Of a stretch of DNA of 64,000 nt, positions 38,567 to 46,938 are shown one piece after another. Position 1 is the stretch's first letter. Each line of letters begins with the position of its first letter. The DNA is taken from the NCBI GenBank assembly GCA_001604385.1, contig LVBK01000009.1:23195-87194 (forward strand), in the 5' to 3' direction. The notes under the pieces were generated by a model. That model ran no database searches and was not told the origin of the DNA. It saw only the letters and a program-made list of their open reading frames with translations. The position numbers and the translations under genes are program-made. This stretch comes from Spirochaetales bacterium Spiro_09. GTDB taxonomy: Bacteria; Spirochaetota; Spirochaetia; Treponematales; Treponemataceae.

Positions 38567-39436
38567 TCATGTTCTGGTAATTCTATCGATAATCACATGA
38601 ACATCTTCTATCAGAATACCCGTATATCGTTCGATATTCTCGACAATATAGGCCTGCATTTTATGAATTTTACCTGTCAACTGCGATCCAAATGGAACAT
38701 CAATGGTAATAACCAGGCGATACCCATGGGTATCGGTTTTGATTGTCAATTTTTTGATTCTTATTTGTTCGTCAAATTCGTTGACACAATGCAATACCAT
38801 TTGAGTAAGAGCCGATTCAGATATTGTTACCCGTCCTTTTTTCGAAAACTCTGGGCGCACGACAGATTTTTCATACACCCGGGAACTGGGACGTTGACCG
38901 ATCGGAGAGGCTTTGCGCTTTAGAAGTACACGAACCCGATCATAAAAGATTTGGGGATAATTTCGCTGTATCTCGATGGAAGGAACCGGAATAACATGTT
39001 TACCTTCCACTCGACGCGACCGGATCGCCCGATCAATTTCTTCCTGCGAGGCAATATCTTCTATTTTAATAACCTTGAAGGGCTGGGGTAACTGAAGGCG
39101 TGCGGCAATCTTGCTCACCATCTTCTCGGAAGTACCAAGAATGAGTATTTTCTTGAAATGTTGGGATTGCAAAACCCGTGCAATTGCATCTCGGTGAATC
39201 TTGTCATCAAACAGGGCAACCCGAACCGCAGCAAGAAACGTTTGCTCCCGTTTAGCCGAATGACCGGCGAGGATTTTATCTTCACGAATCAATAAACCAT
39301 CGTCGATTATCAATTCTATACCGTATTTTTGCGCAAGAAGCTTGGCCCGAAAGCTTTTGCCGGTTCCACTTTCTCCGACAAAGGCATAGACTTTAACACC
39401 CTTGAAAAACCAGTATAAATCACTGAGGCTCTTCAT
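38567..39436 (-). CDS. P-loop NTPase fused to Asp23/Gls24-like domain
   Basis: Walker A GESGTGKS, 'IIDDGLLI', 'GKHVIPVP', 'EKSVVRP', C-terminal 'GRVTISE...IERYTGI...VHVII'. Confidence 0.75.
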   Translation of the reverse strand: MKSLSDLYWFFKGVKVYAFVGESGTGKSFRAKLLAQKYGIELIIDDGLLIREDKILAGHSAKREQTFLAAVRVALFDDKIHRDAIARVLQSQHFKKILILGTSEKMVSKIAARLQLPQPFKVIKIEDIASQEEIDRAIRSRRVEGKHVIPVPSIEIQRNYPQIFYDRVRVLLKRKASPIGQRPSSRVYEKSVVRPEFSKKGRVTISESALTQMVLHCVNEFDEQIRIKKLTIKTDTHGYRLVITIDVPFGSQLTGKIHKMQAYIVENIERYTGILIEDVHVIIDRITRT

Positions 39437-40352
39437 TGTCACTCCAGTATATTGCCCGGTCATCAAGCAGCGCAAGCACATTATCCCCAAATCTGTCCAA
39501 AATCTCGCGTGAAAATCTTGCGGGCAGTGACGCTGTCAACTGATGGGGAAGACCGGGAAGACTCTCTTCAGGGAATATCATTTTCCATGAATGTAAAAAG
39601 AAGGTCTTATGATTGTCAGTGGCTCCATATCGTTTGTCTCCGATCAGGGGATGTCCATGCGAAGCGCATTGTATGCGAATTTGATGCTTCTTCCCGGTTA
39701 TCAAATGAAAACACAGAAGGGAGGAATCGGAACCGGCAAGGAGGGTATGAACATCCGTTACCATCTCACTCTGTCCATCCCCGACATCCTGCCAGCGGGC
39801 AGTGATGTCCAGAAAACCGCTCACAATTCCGACATAATATTTTTGTATCTGTCTTGCGTGCAAGGCGTGTGAAAACCATCGTGCGCCCCGGAGACTGCGG
39901 GAAAATGCAATAAGTCCGCTTGTATCCTTGTCAAGCCGATGCAGGGGTCCGCTTCTGAAAGAAAGGGATTCTCTAGCACCTTCAGATTGGGGAATCAGTG
40001 ACTCAAGGCTGTCCGGCCCATGGACACTGATTCCGGAAGGTTTATTTATAAAAACAATATCTCCTGTTTCATGAATTCGCTCGATCCCGCTCGTGTCGGG
40101 GATAATTTCAGGTGTTCTGTCGAGTGAAATATCGGGTGTATGTGCGAGTAACATACTGGCGATCAATAGTTGTCCGGTTGAGGGAACAAGAAAGCCGGGA
40201 GTGACCCGTTGCCCGTTGAACCGTATCAAACCTTTACGAAACAGGCGATATATCGATGATAGAGGGGTTTCAGGCATCAGCCGCCGGACAATCCGGTCAA
40301 TTCGCCGGCCACTGTCATCTGGTTGTATGGAAAAACTGGTAAAATCAAGCAT
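39420..40352 (-). CDS. RluA/RluC-family pseudouridine synthase
   Basis: S4-like 'GRRIDR', 'NKPSG', catalytic 'HRLDKDTSG', 'TGKKHQIR', 'GHPLIGD.RY'. Confidence 0.92.
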   Translation of the reverse strand: MLDFTSFSIQPDDSGRRIDRIVRRLMPETPLSSIYRLFRKGLIRFNGQRVTPGFLVPSTGQLLIASMLLAHTPDISLDRTPEIIPDTSGIERIHETGDIVFINKPSGISVHGPDSLESLIPQSEGARESLSFRSGPLHRLDKDTSGLIAFSRSLRGARWFSHALHARQIQKYYVGIVSGFLDITARWQDVGDGQSEMVTDVHTLLAGSDSSLLCFHLITGKKHQIRIQCASHGHPLIGDKRYGATDNHKTFFLHSWKMIFPEESLPGLPHQLTASLPARFSREILDRFGDNVLALLDDRAIYWSDNEEPQ

Positions 40353-40466
40353 TTCTTTGTATTATAACATAAAAGAGCCAATAAATACTGCTGGTATACA
40401 CCGATTTGGAACCCCCTACCCGAGAAAGATGGTGGAATTATGAAATGGTGGAAAGTATACTTGCAC

Positions 40467-40495
40467 TTGACAAAAGCCACTTTTACCCGAATTAT
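40467..40495 (+). promoter_or_regulatory. sigma70-type promoter of the PAP2-rnf-like operon (probable leaderless start)
   Basis: TTGACA 40467-40472, 17-nt spacer, AATTAT 40490-40495, then 6 nt to ATG 40502. Confidence 0.55.
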
Positions 40496-40501
40496 GAACT
40501 G

Positions 40502-40981
40502 ATGAATAGGTCGGTAATTCAGCAATTGTATCTCCTCGTCTATAACCCAATATTTCTGGCTGCCGTTTCAAGCTGGATTTTAAGCCAGTTCCTGAAAACA
40601 TTGATAACCCTGTTCACTAACAACATAACATCTTTCAAGCACTTGATCGAAATGCTGTTTTGGCGTACCGGAGGAATGCCCTCAAGCCATTCTGCCCTTG
40701 TGTCTTCGGTCTCAACAACAATAGGTTTTAAAAACGGTATTGATTCGGATTTATTTATCTTTTCCTGTTGTTTCGCATTGATTGTGATCCGGGATGCGGT
40801 AGGCGTTCGACGTTCTTCCGGACAACAAGCCCGAGCACTCAATGAGCTCGGTTCAAAGGTTTCATCCCGCATGCGTTACCCTTTCAAACCCGTTAAGGAG
40901 ATACAGGGACACCGACCCATCGAAGTTTTTGCAGGAATCCTGCTGGGCTTCTTTCTTGGTGTGGCTTTTTCGACCCTTTGA
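40502..40981 (+). CDS. divergent PAP2 family (DUF212) membrane protein
   Basis: 'SQFLK', 'TGGMPSSHSA', 'IRDAVGVRRSSGQQA', 'KEIQGHRPIEV..G'. Confidence 0.9.
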   Translation: MNRSVIQQLYLLVYNPIFLAAVSSWILSQFLKTLITLFTNNITSFKHLIEMLFWRTGGMPSSHSALVSSVSTTIGFKNGIDSDLFIFSCCFALIVIRDAVGVRRSSGQQARALNELGSKVSSRMRYPFKPVKEIQGHRPIEVFAGILLGFFLGVAFSTL

Positions 40982-42369
40982 GCGTGATAATGAAGAATGC
41001 GCTATCACGAAACATAGTATATCTTTGTGCAGCCGGTATCATATGTATTGCCGGCTTTTTTCTTGTTCTCCATACCGGACAAGCCAATACGACAAGCATC
41101 TGGAAACAATATCGCATAATCGCAGTACCTCCGGAAGCAAATTTGACCGAACTACTGACCTTTTTTGATTTTCATGAAATAACCGGTATAGCATCCGCAA
41201 ATACTGCGCGGATACGCATGGAGCCCCCCTGGTTTCCGGAACCTCCCTGGCTACTGCAACTCAACAAACGCATAGAGCAATGGTTTATCGATGACGAAAG
41301 AGGCTACAGATTCATCTTTATTCCGGACCAACTAAAACGCGACAATGTACTTGCAACAGTTGCCGAAGAAACCGGCATTCCTTTGCTCATTGAACCCGCA
41401 GACAAAATCGTGTCACTCTTACCAATCGCGCTTATCATAGCCATAATCGCGGGAATGTTCCTGGTAAAAAACCGGATATGGTTTCTCTGTATGACTTTGC
41501 CCCAATTGATCCTCGTCAGTACCAAAAGCGGTATAATTGCATATCTGTCGTCGTCATTATTCATTGCAGGTAGCTTTATCTATTGCATATCCTGGAGCTC
41601 GCTTCACCACGTCATGTCGTCCAGTTTTCTGAGAAAGCAGATCTTCCGTTTCCATCCGGCAATGCTTCTCGGGGCGGGTTCGATTACCGCCTCATGTCTC
41701 GCTGGTCCACGTTTTTTGCTCGCTTCCCTCATAACTGGTTTTTGCACCGGATCGTTGATATATATTCAGCAGATACTGAGAGAAATATACGCGGTCATCC
41801 TGAACTGGCACCGAATCCACCCACAATTGACTATTTATCCCATGCATCCGCGATATACGTCCTTCAGAATACCACCGTCCACGCTTAAAAAACTAATAGC
41901 TATCTCGGTGATACTCGCAGGGGTCTATTTTCCCTTCTCCCGGAATACGGTCGCGGTATCCGCAAACAGTCAGGATTTTGGGGTGTTGTCCATTCCCCGG
42001 CCAACAGGGTATACTGCTGTCCCGGGACTCGGAATTGAAGCGTATGAAGAATGTATAACCACTAAACGCAATGAACTGGTTATGCTGCCCGATTTAACCG
42101 ATTTTATAGGTGCACACTGGAATATGAACTCTATACCCTGGAATCGAATAAATAGCAGATATGAAATACCGCAACAAGGCTCCTCTGTAGAGTACATCCT
42201 GTACTCGGCCGATGAATCCGGTCGAATTTTGGCAGATAATCAGATTCTATACCAATTTGACAAACGGCTCCTGAAAGAGACCCTCTCGGACTTACAGAAT
42301 CCGCTTGCACAATTATTGATCCGTCAAGATAACTTCGTGTTTGTACATAAATCGAGGAACGGCTTATGA
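40978..42369 (+). CDS. hypothetical multi-pass membrane protein
   Basis: N-terminal TM, soluble domain, about six central TMs, a further TM and a soluble tail. Overlaps both neighbours by 4 bp; the start may be ATG 40990. Confidence 0.7.
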   Translation: MSVIMKNALSRNIVYLCAAGIICIAGFFLVLHTGQANTTSIWKQYRIIAVPPEANLTELLTFFDFHEITGIASANTARIRMEPPWFPEPPWLLQLNKRIEQWFIDDERGYRFIFIPDQLKRDNVLATVAEETGIPLLIEPADKIVSLLPIALIIAIIAGMFLVKNRIWFLCMTLPQLILVSTKSGIIAYLSSSLFIAGSFIYCISWSSLHHVMSSSFLRKQIFRFHPAMLLGAGSITASCLAGPRFLLASLITGFCTGSLIYIQQILREIYAVILNWHRIHPQLTIYPMHPRYTSFRIPPSTLKKLIAISVILAGVYFPFSRNTVAVSANSQDFGVLSIPRPTGYTAVPGLGIEAYEECITTKRNELVMLPDLTDFIGAHWNMNSIPWNRINSRYEIPQQGSSVEYILYSADESGRILADNQILYQFDKRLLKETLSDLQNPLAQLLIRQDNFVFVHKSRNGL

Positions 42370-43676
42370 TTAAACGCATCCGCTTTCGAAAAGGTTTTTC
42401 CTCCCTGGAATTTCAGGCACCCGCAATTGTGGATAAAGGTAATTCTTTCATTCCTTCTCTGGCAATTGTGCCTTTAACACAACATTATGGACCTCCGGCA
42501 ATTCCTGTTGTACAAGCAGGGAGCAGGGTGAAAGAAGGCCAACTGATTGCCAGAAGCAACTCCCCATATTCATCCCACATACATGCCCCTATTCCCGGTT
42601 TAATCAGGGAATTCACCACGGTTCCTTTGCCGGATGGTTCGTTGGGTATTGCCGCTGTAATGCTATTGGAAGGTTCCTTCAGTATTTTAGGGAGAAAACA
42701 GGACTCTTTCGATTGGCGACATATACAGACGCATGAATTGCTTCGAATTTTCGAGGAGAAGGGTGTAATCAACACCTTTGACAAACCACTGCCGCTTTCC
42801 TCTCTTGTATCAAGTGCGGCAAAAAAAACCACGAAAACCCTGGTAGTTCGTATGTTTGACGAGGACCCGACCTGTATGATTGATTCCTGGTTGGCAACAC
42901 ATAAGTTGCACGAGTGTGCAGAAGGAGCGGCAATAATCGCCAGGTCAATGAATGCCGAGACGGTGTACTTCGTCTCTTCACAACCCGTTACGACCTCGGC
43001 AAACACACCACAGATTAATGAACTGTTCACACACTCAACGATCAACTACGTATCAATTCGCTACCGGTATCCCTCGGGAAACACAAAAACACTTACCCGT
43101 CTTCTTGCCTTAACAGAGCAGAAGAACCCGCCGGTTATGATTGACATGGTAACCGCCTTGGCAGCGCGGGATGCCGTGAAACATAATATGCCAACCGTAC
43201 ATAACAGAATCATCATTTCAGGACCGGCGCTGTATGGAACAAGTCTCTTGAGGGTTAAAAGCGGTACAACCATAGGTGACATTATTGAGGAATGTGGAGG
43301 ATTTAAAACCGAACCATCCCGTATCATTATAAATGGTCTTGTTCTTGGGCAATCCGTTTATGACCTGGATACACCGGTAACCAAGGCAACAAAATCGTTG
43401 CATGTCATGAACGAGGATACATGCCCATCCTATACAGTTCGCAATTGCATACATTGCGGGAAATGTCTGGCAGTCTGTCCTGCGGCTCTGGACCCGGCAC
43501 GATTGGTGTCCCGGATAAACACGATAAAAAAAGCGTCCACGGATTATCCGACCACGGAAGTATTTCGCTGTGAGGGGTGCGGTTGCTGCTCCATCGTTTG
43601 TCCTTCACGAATCCCCTTGCATCATATCATTCGTGAAGCTGCAGAGGATATAAAAGGACAAGGAGACGCAAAATGA
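42366..43676 (+). CDS. rnfC: RnfC-like protein (divergent)
   Basis: 'PLTQHYGPPA.PVV..G..V..GQLIA', 'HAPIPG', 'RYPSG', SLBB 'GTTIGDIIEECGG', two CxxCxxCxxxCP motifs. Confidence 0.82.
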   Translation: MIKRIRFRKGFSSLEFQAPAIVDKGNSFIPSLAIVPLTQHYGPPAIPVVQAGSRVKEGQLIARSNSPYSSHIHAPIPGLIREFTTVPLPDGSLGIAAVMLLEGSFSILGRKQDSFDWRHIQTHELLRIFEEKGVINTFDKPLPLSSLVSSAAKKTTKTLVVRMFDEDPTCMIDSWLATHKLHECAEGAAIIARSMNAETVYFVSSQPVTTSANTPQINELFTHSTINYVSIRYRYPSGNTKTLTRLLALTEQKNPPVMIDMVTALAARDAVKHNMPTVHNRIIISGPALYGTSLLRVKSGTTIGDIIEECGGFKTEPSRIIINGLVLGQSVYDLDTPVTKATKSLHVMNEDTCPSYTVRNCIHCGKCLAVCPAALDPARLVSRINTIKKASTDYPTTEVFRCEGCGCCSIVCPSRIPLHHIIREAAEDIKGQGDAK

Positions 43677-44701
43677 AAAAAAACGATTGGATTTTATCCC
43701 CATCTCCGTTCATTGTGAATAGTCAGACAGTTACCACGATGTCTATCATTATTGCGTGTACATTGATCCCTCATCTGGTCATGCTTGCCGTAGACCGTGA
43801 TCTCACCTCTCTTCTGCAAATTGCGGTTGCGCTCACCGGCTCATTACTGGCTGAACTATGTATAATAATTCCCCAAAGAAGGAACACCCTGGGTGATGGA
43901 CTTGTCCTTGTACAGGGTCTTCTGACAGGACTGTTGCTTCCCGTGGGTATACCTCTCATTTCAATTGCACTCATATCATTTTTGTCCGTCCTGATTTGTC
44001 GGGTTCTTTTCGGAGGCACCGGATATTCCTGGCTGCACCCCTCAGTTGCGGCTGTAGCTATCGCGTATGTCAGCGCTCCACATTGGTTCCCTGACAACCT
44101 GGCCGGAGGGGAAACAATCGGTTCAATCGGTTCAATTTTAGGAGCTTTCAAGCTTGAAAACTTCCGGATCGGTCAACAGGATATGGAAATTACTGCCGCG
44201 TTGAATCGCATGCTCAGTTCAATTGCAGGAATAAAACTTCCCGAAGGATATGTCAGCCTTTTCTGGAACGCTCCTTCATCCATACCGGCTTTCAGATATA
44301 ATATTTTTACCCTTGCCGGCTCACTGGTATTAATATCCATGAAAACGGTTGACTGGTACATACCGGCTGTATTTATCGGGGTATATGCAGCTCTTGTTCG
44401 AATTTTTGCAATGTACCCTTTGAACGGCCTATTCATGCAAGGCGATATGCTTTTCTCTATACTGACCAGCGGGATACTGTTTATTGCCTTTTATGTTCTT
44501 ACTGATACATCTTCATCTCCACGCACAATTACCGGAAAATTGGTGTATGGCATGTCCGCCGGGATCTTTGCCTGGCTTTTATGTGGCCCGGGGGGATCAC
44601 ATACCGGCATTTTCTTTGCAGTGCTCCTCACAAATATTAGCGGAACCGCAATTGAGCAGGTGGAAACCCGAATACATGACTTTCATGGAGCGCGCGCATG
44701 A
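43673..44701 (+). CDS. rnfD: RnfD-like membrane protein (divergent)
   Basis: 'SPFI', 'GLLTGLLLP', 'LFGGTG...HP', 'SGILFIAFYVLTD..SSPRT..GKLVYG', 'FAVLLTN'. Confidence 0.8.
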   Translation: MKKNDWILSPSPFIVNSQTVTTMSIIIACTLIPHLVMLAVDRDLTSLLQIAVALTGSLLAELCIIIPQRRNTLGDGLVLVQGLLTGLLLPVGIPLISIALISFLSVLICRVLFGGTGYSWLHPSVAAVAIAYVSAPHWFPDNLAGGETIGSIGSILGAFKLENFRIGQQDMEITAALNRMLSSIAGIKLPEGYVSLFWNAPSSIPAFRYNIFTLAGSLVLISMKTVDWYIPAVFIGVYAALVRIFAMYPLNGLFMQGDMLFSILTSGILFIAFYVLTDTSSSPRTITGKLVYGMSAGIFAWLLCGPGGSHTGIFFAVLLTNISGTAIEQVETRIHDFHGARA

Positions 44702-45165
44702 GGATCATCATCAAGCAGCATATCAGGAAAATTGGTCTTTCGGCTCTCCTGCTTGGACTTATGGTTGGTATCATACTGTTGACCAATTATCTGACGAAAC
44801 CCTCAAGGGAAAGGGGAATTCGCACAGCAATAACACAGGTACTCAAAACATACGGCGATGGCGACACCCAGCTTGGTGATAAAGTGTATATCCCGTCAAC
44901 AGGATTTTCCTACACACAGGTATTTGAAACCCGGACGAAGGGCAGTGGACCGGGTCTTGTTTTTCTTGTATGCATAACCGGCTCACAGGGTCCATACCCG
45001 GCTATAATTCTCTATGACAAGAAAACAGGAACGCATTTCATTGGCCTGGCCGGAATTGATGGTACACAACCGGAACCTGAATTGTGGGGTATTCGACCGA
45101 CGATTCTATCATCATGGCTTTTACGCATACAAAAAATAGCTGATTCATATGGAGAAATAAAATGA
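44698..45165 (+). CDS. RnfG-position membrane-anchored protein (no FMN motif)
   Basis: Single N-terminal TM ending 'LTNYLTKP', 'ITGSQGP'; located between D- and E-like genes; no (S/T)GAT motif. Confidence 0.55.
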   Translation: MRIIIKQHIRKIGLSALLLGLMVGIILLTNYLTKPSRERGIRTAITQVLKTYGDGDTQLGDKVYIPSTGFSYTQVFETRTKGSGPGLVFLVCITGSQGPYPAIILYDKKTGTHFIGLAGIDGTQPEPELWGIRPTILSSWLLRIQKIADSYGEIK

Positions 45166-45764
45166 GACGATCGACGATTTCGTTTATCTTTGCATTATTT
45201 CCGTTACTGCCTGTCTCATCCAGAACCGGCTATGCCCTTATTGTTTCGATAGCGCTTGTATTTTATTTTGCCGCAGGCGTTCTATTCCGCGAATATGTTC
45301 GTTGGACTCAAATAGGAAAGCCGGGACTTTGGATTGAATTGACGGCACTAGCCGCAGCTGCAACCTTGTTTCTGATATTCCTGTCATCCTTATTTCCTGT
45401 TATAGCTGTATCCCTGTCATTCTACATTTTATTTTCGTCATTATCTTATATTTTACTGGTGAGCATCGACCGTTTTTCTCCCGGAGCAGATGAATCCAAT
45501 GTTACTGACCGTTTTCTGCCTTTGGTCACATTTATACCATTTCTGCTGGGTTTTTCAGTTTTTCGCGAGCTTCTCGGTTTTGGCACACTTTCGCTTCCGG
45601 CTGCTGACGGTTTGCGAATATATCCTGTACTCCCATATTTCAATATTTATGGCGTACAGTTTCTTGGTACATCAGGAGGGGCTCTTGTCCTGTTGGGTAT
45701 GATCACCTGGCTGGTTAAATATATTACACGGCGTATGGGTAATTTGAAAAGGAGTTCTCGATGA
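45162..45764 (+). CDS. RnfE-like membrane protein (Cys-free)
   Basis: 'FPLLPVS', 'FRELLGFGTL', 'GGALVLLG'; gene order. Confidence 0.68.
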   Translation: MRRSTISFIFALFPLLPVSSRTGYALIVSIALVFYFAAGVLFREYVRWTQIGKPGLWIELTALAAAATLFLIFLSSLFPVIAVSLSFYILFSSLSYILLVSIDRFSPGADESNVTDRFLPLVTFIPFLLGFSVFRELLGFGTLSLPAADGLRIYPVLPYFNIYGVQFLGTSGGALVLLGMITWLVKYITRRMGNLKRSSR

Positions 45765-46321
45765 TATTGCTGAATACACTTTTCATTTATACCTTCTCAT
45801 GTGCTGCAAGCATTGTGTATGGAATCGGCTACGAAAAGATTTTTTTCGAAAGCCGAAATCATCCGATCGACATACGTACTATCTTGTCTGTTATTCTTGA
45901 AATTTTCTTTGGGGTGTGTCTATCGTGGTTTGTAATAAAAATAGTACTTGCACATCCAGCCCTCGATATGCTTTTTTTCCCCTCTACACTTATGTGTACA
46001 GCGCTTTCACATCAAATTACCGGTGTCCTGTTTAATCAGAGAAAACATAAAACGGGAGAAATGGTTTTTTCACTCGGAACGGTTTTTCTGTCCGTTTATG
46101 AAGGATTTTCATTCCCCTCGGCCCTCCTGATTGCGACTGCATCAATTCTCTCTTTCTATGTATTATTGAGCTCCTTGTTAAGTGTACGCAGCAGATACTC
46201 GGATATCGGCATCAGAACTGACTGGAGGGGAGCGCCCCTCACATTCATTACACTGGGGCTTCTGTTTTTGGCGCTCTATGCTCCAGATGCATCCTGGTGG
46301 TTTCAGGAGGTCCTTAATTGA
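45761..46321 (+). CDS. RnfA-like membrane protein (divergent)
   Basis: C-terminal 'WRGAPLTFITLGLLFLAL' resembles RnfA 'FRGAPIALITAGLMSLAF'; gene order. Confidence 0.68.
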   Translation: MILLNTLFIYTFSCAASIVYGIGYEKIFFESRNHPIDIRTILSVILEIFFGVCLSWFVIKIVLAHPALDMLFFPSTLMCTALSHQITGVLFNQRKHKTGEMVFSLGTVFLSVYEGFSFPSALLIATASILSFYVLLSSLLSVRSRYSDIGIRTDWRGAPLTFITLGLLFLALYAPDASWWFQEVLN

Positions 46322-46938
46322 TTGTACAGGTTATCATTACAACTGTTGCAATTGTGCTCCTACTCATTACCTTCGTTACGCTGCTCTATTTTTTGTCCCT
46401 TGACGCAAAAAAAACTCAGTCTTGCTCAGAAACAGACAAGCGGGATACGAAAGATTCCATCCAGCCACACCGAACATACGACGCCTTACCGGCAACCAGG
46501 GCGATAATACATTGCAATCACATACCTCCCGGAGTACCGTACAAGTATCGGCAGAAAGGCTACACGGATTGCCGGATACTATCCAGGGTTTTTCACGGCA
46601 ATTCCCTGTGCAATCGGGGTTGTTTGGGCTTGGGTACCTGTGTTCGCGCCTGTCCGGTGGATGCCATCTCGATCTTCAATAATACCATTATAGTTACCGA
46701 TGCGTGTAATGGCTGCGGGTATTGTGTACAAACCTGCCCAAAACAGCTTATTCACATCATTCCGGTCGCGGATAGCGATACAATGCGCTGTGCAGCTGCA
46801 GGGTTCGAATCGACAGCGCCTCAATGGTGTCCCACCGCAAAAAACGGTTTCCTGATCGATTATGCACATCTTCCGGATTCATTCTTTAAAACCCTATTTA
46901 AATGGTTTAGAATAAAAAAAATGCCGAGGTATGAGTGA
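46318..46938 (+). CDS. RnfB-like membrane-anchored ferredoxin (short)
   Basis: N-terminal TM, 'AIIHC', 'DC', 'CNRGCLGLGTCVRACPVDAI', 'CNGCGYCVQTCPKQLI'. Confidence 0.78.
   Translation: MIVQVIITTVAIVLLLITFVTLLYFLSLDAKKTQSCSETDKRDTKDSIQPHRTYDALPATRAIIHCNHIPPGVPYKYRQKGYTDCRILSRVFHGNSLCNRGCLGLGTCVRACPVDAISIFNNTIIVTDACNGCGYCVQTCPKQLIHIIPVADSDTMRCAAAGFESTAPQWCPTAKNGFLIDYAHLPDSFFKTLFKWFRIKKMPRYE

Noticed and set aside
42366-46938. Calling the rnf-like genes pseudogenes
   Set aside because: No frameshifts or internal stops; coupling, TM patterns and ferredoxin motifs are preserved
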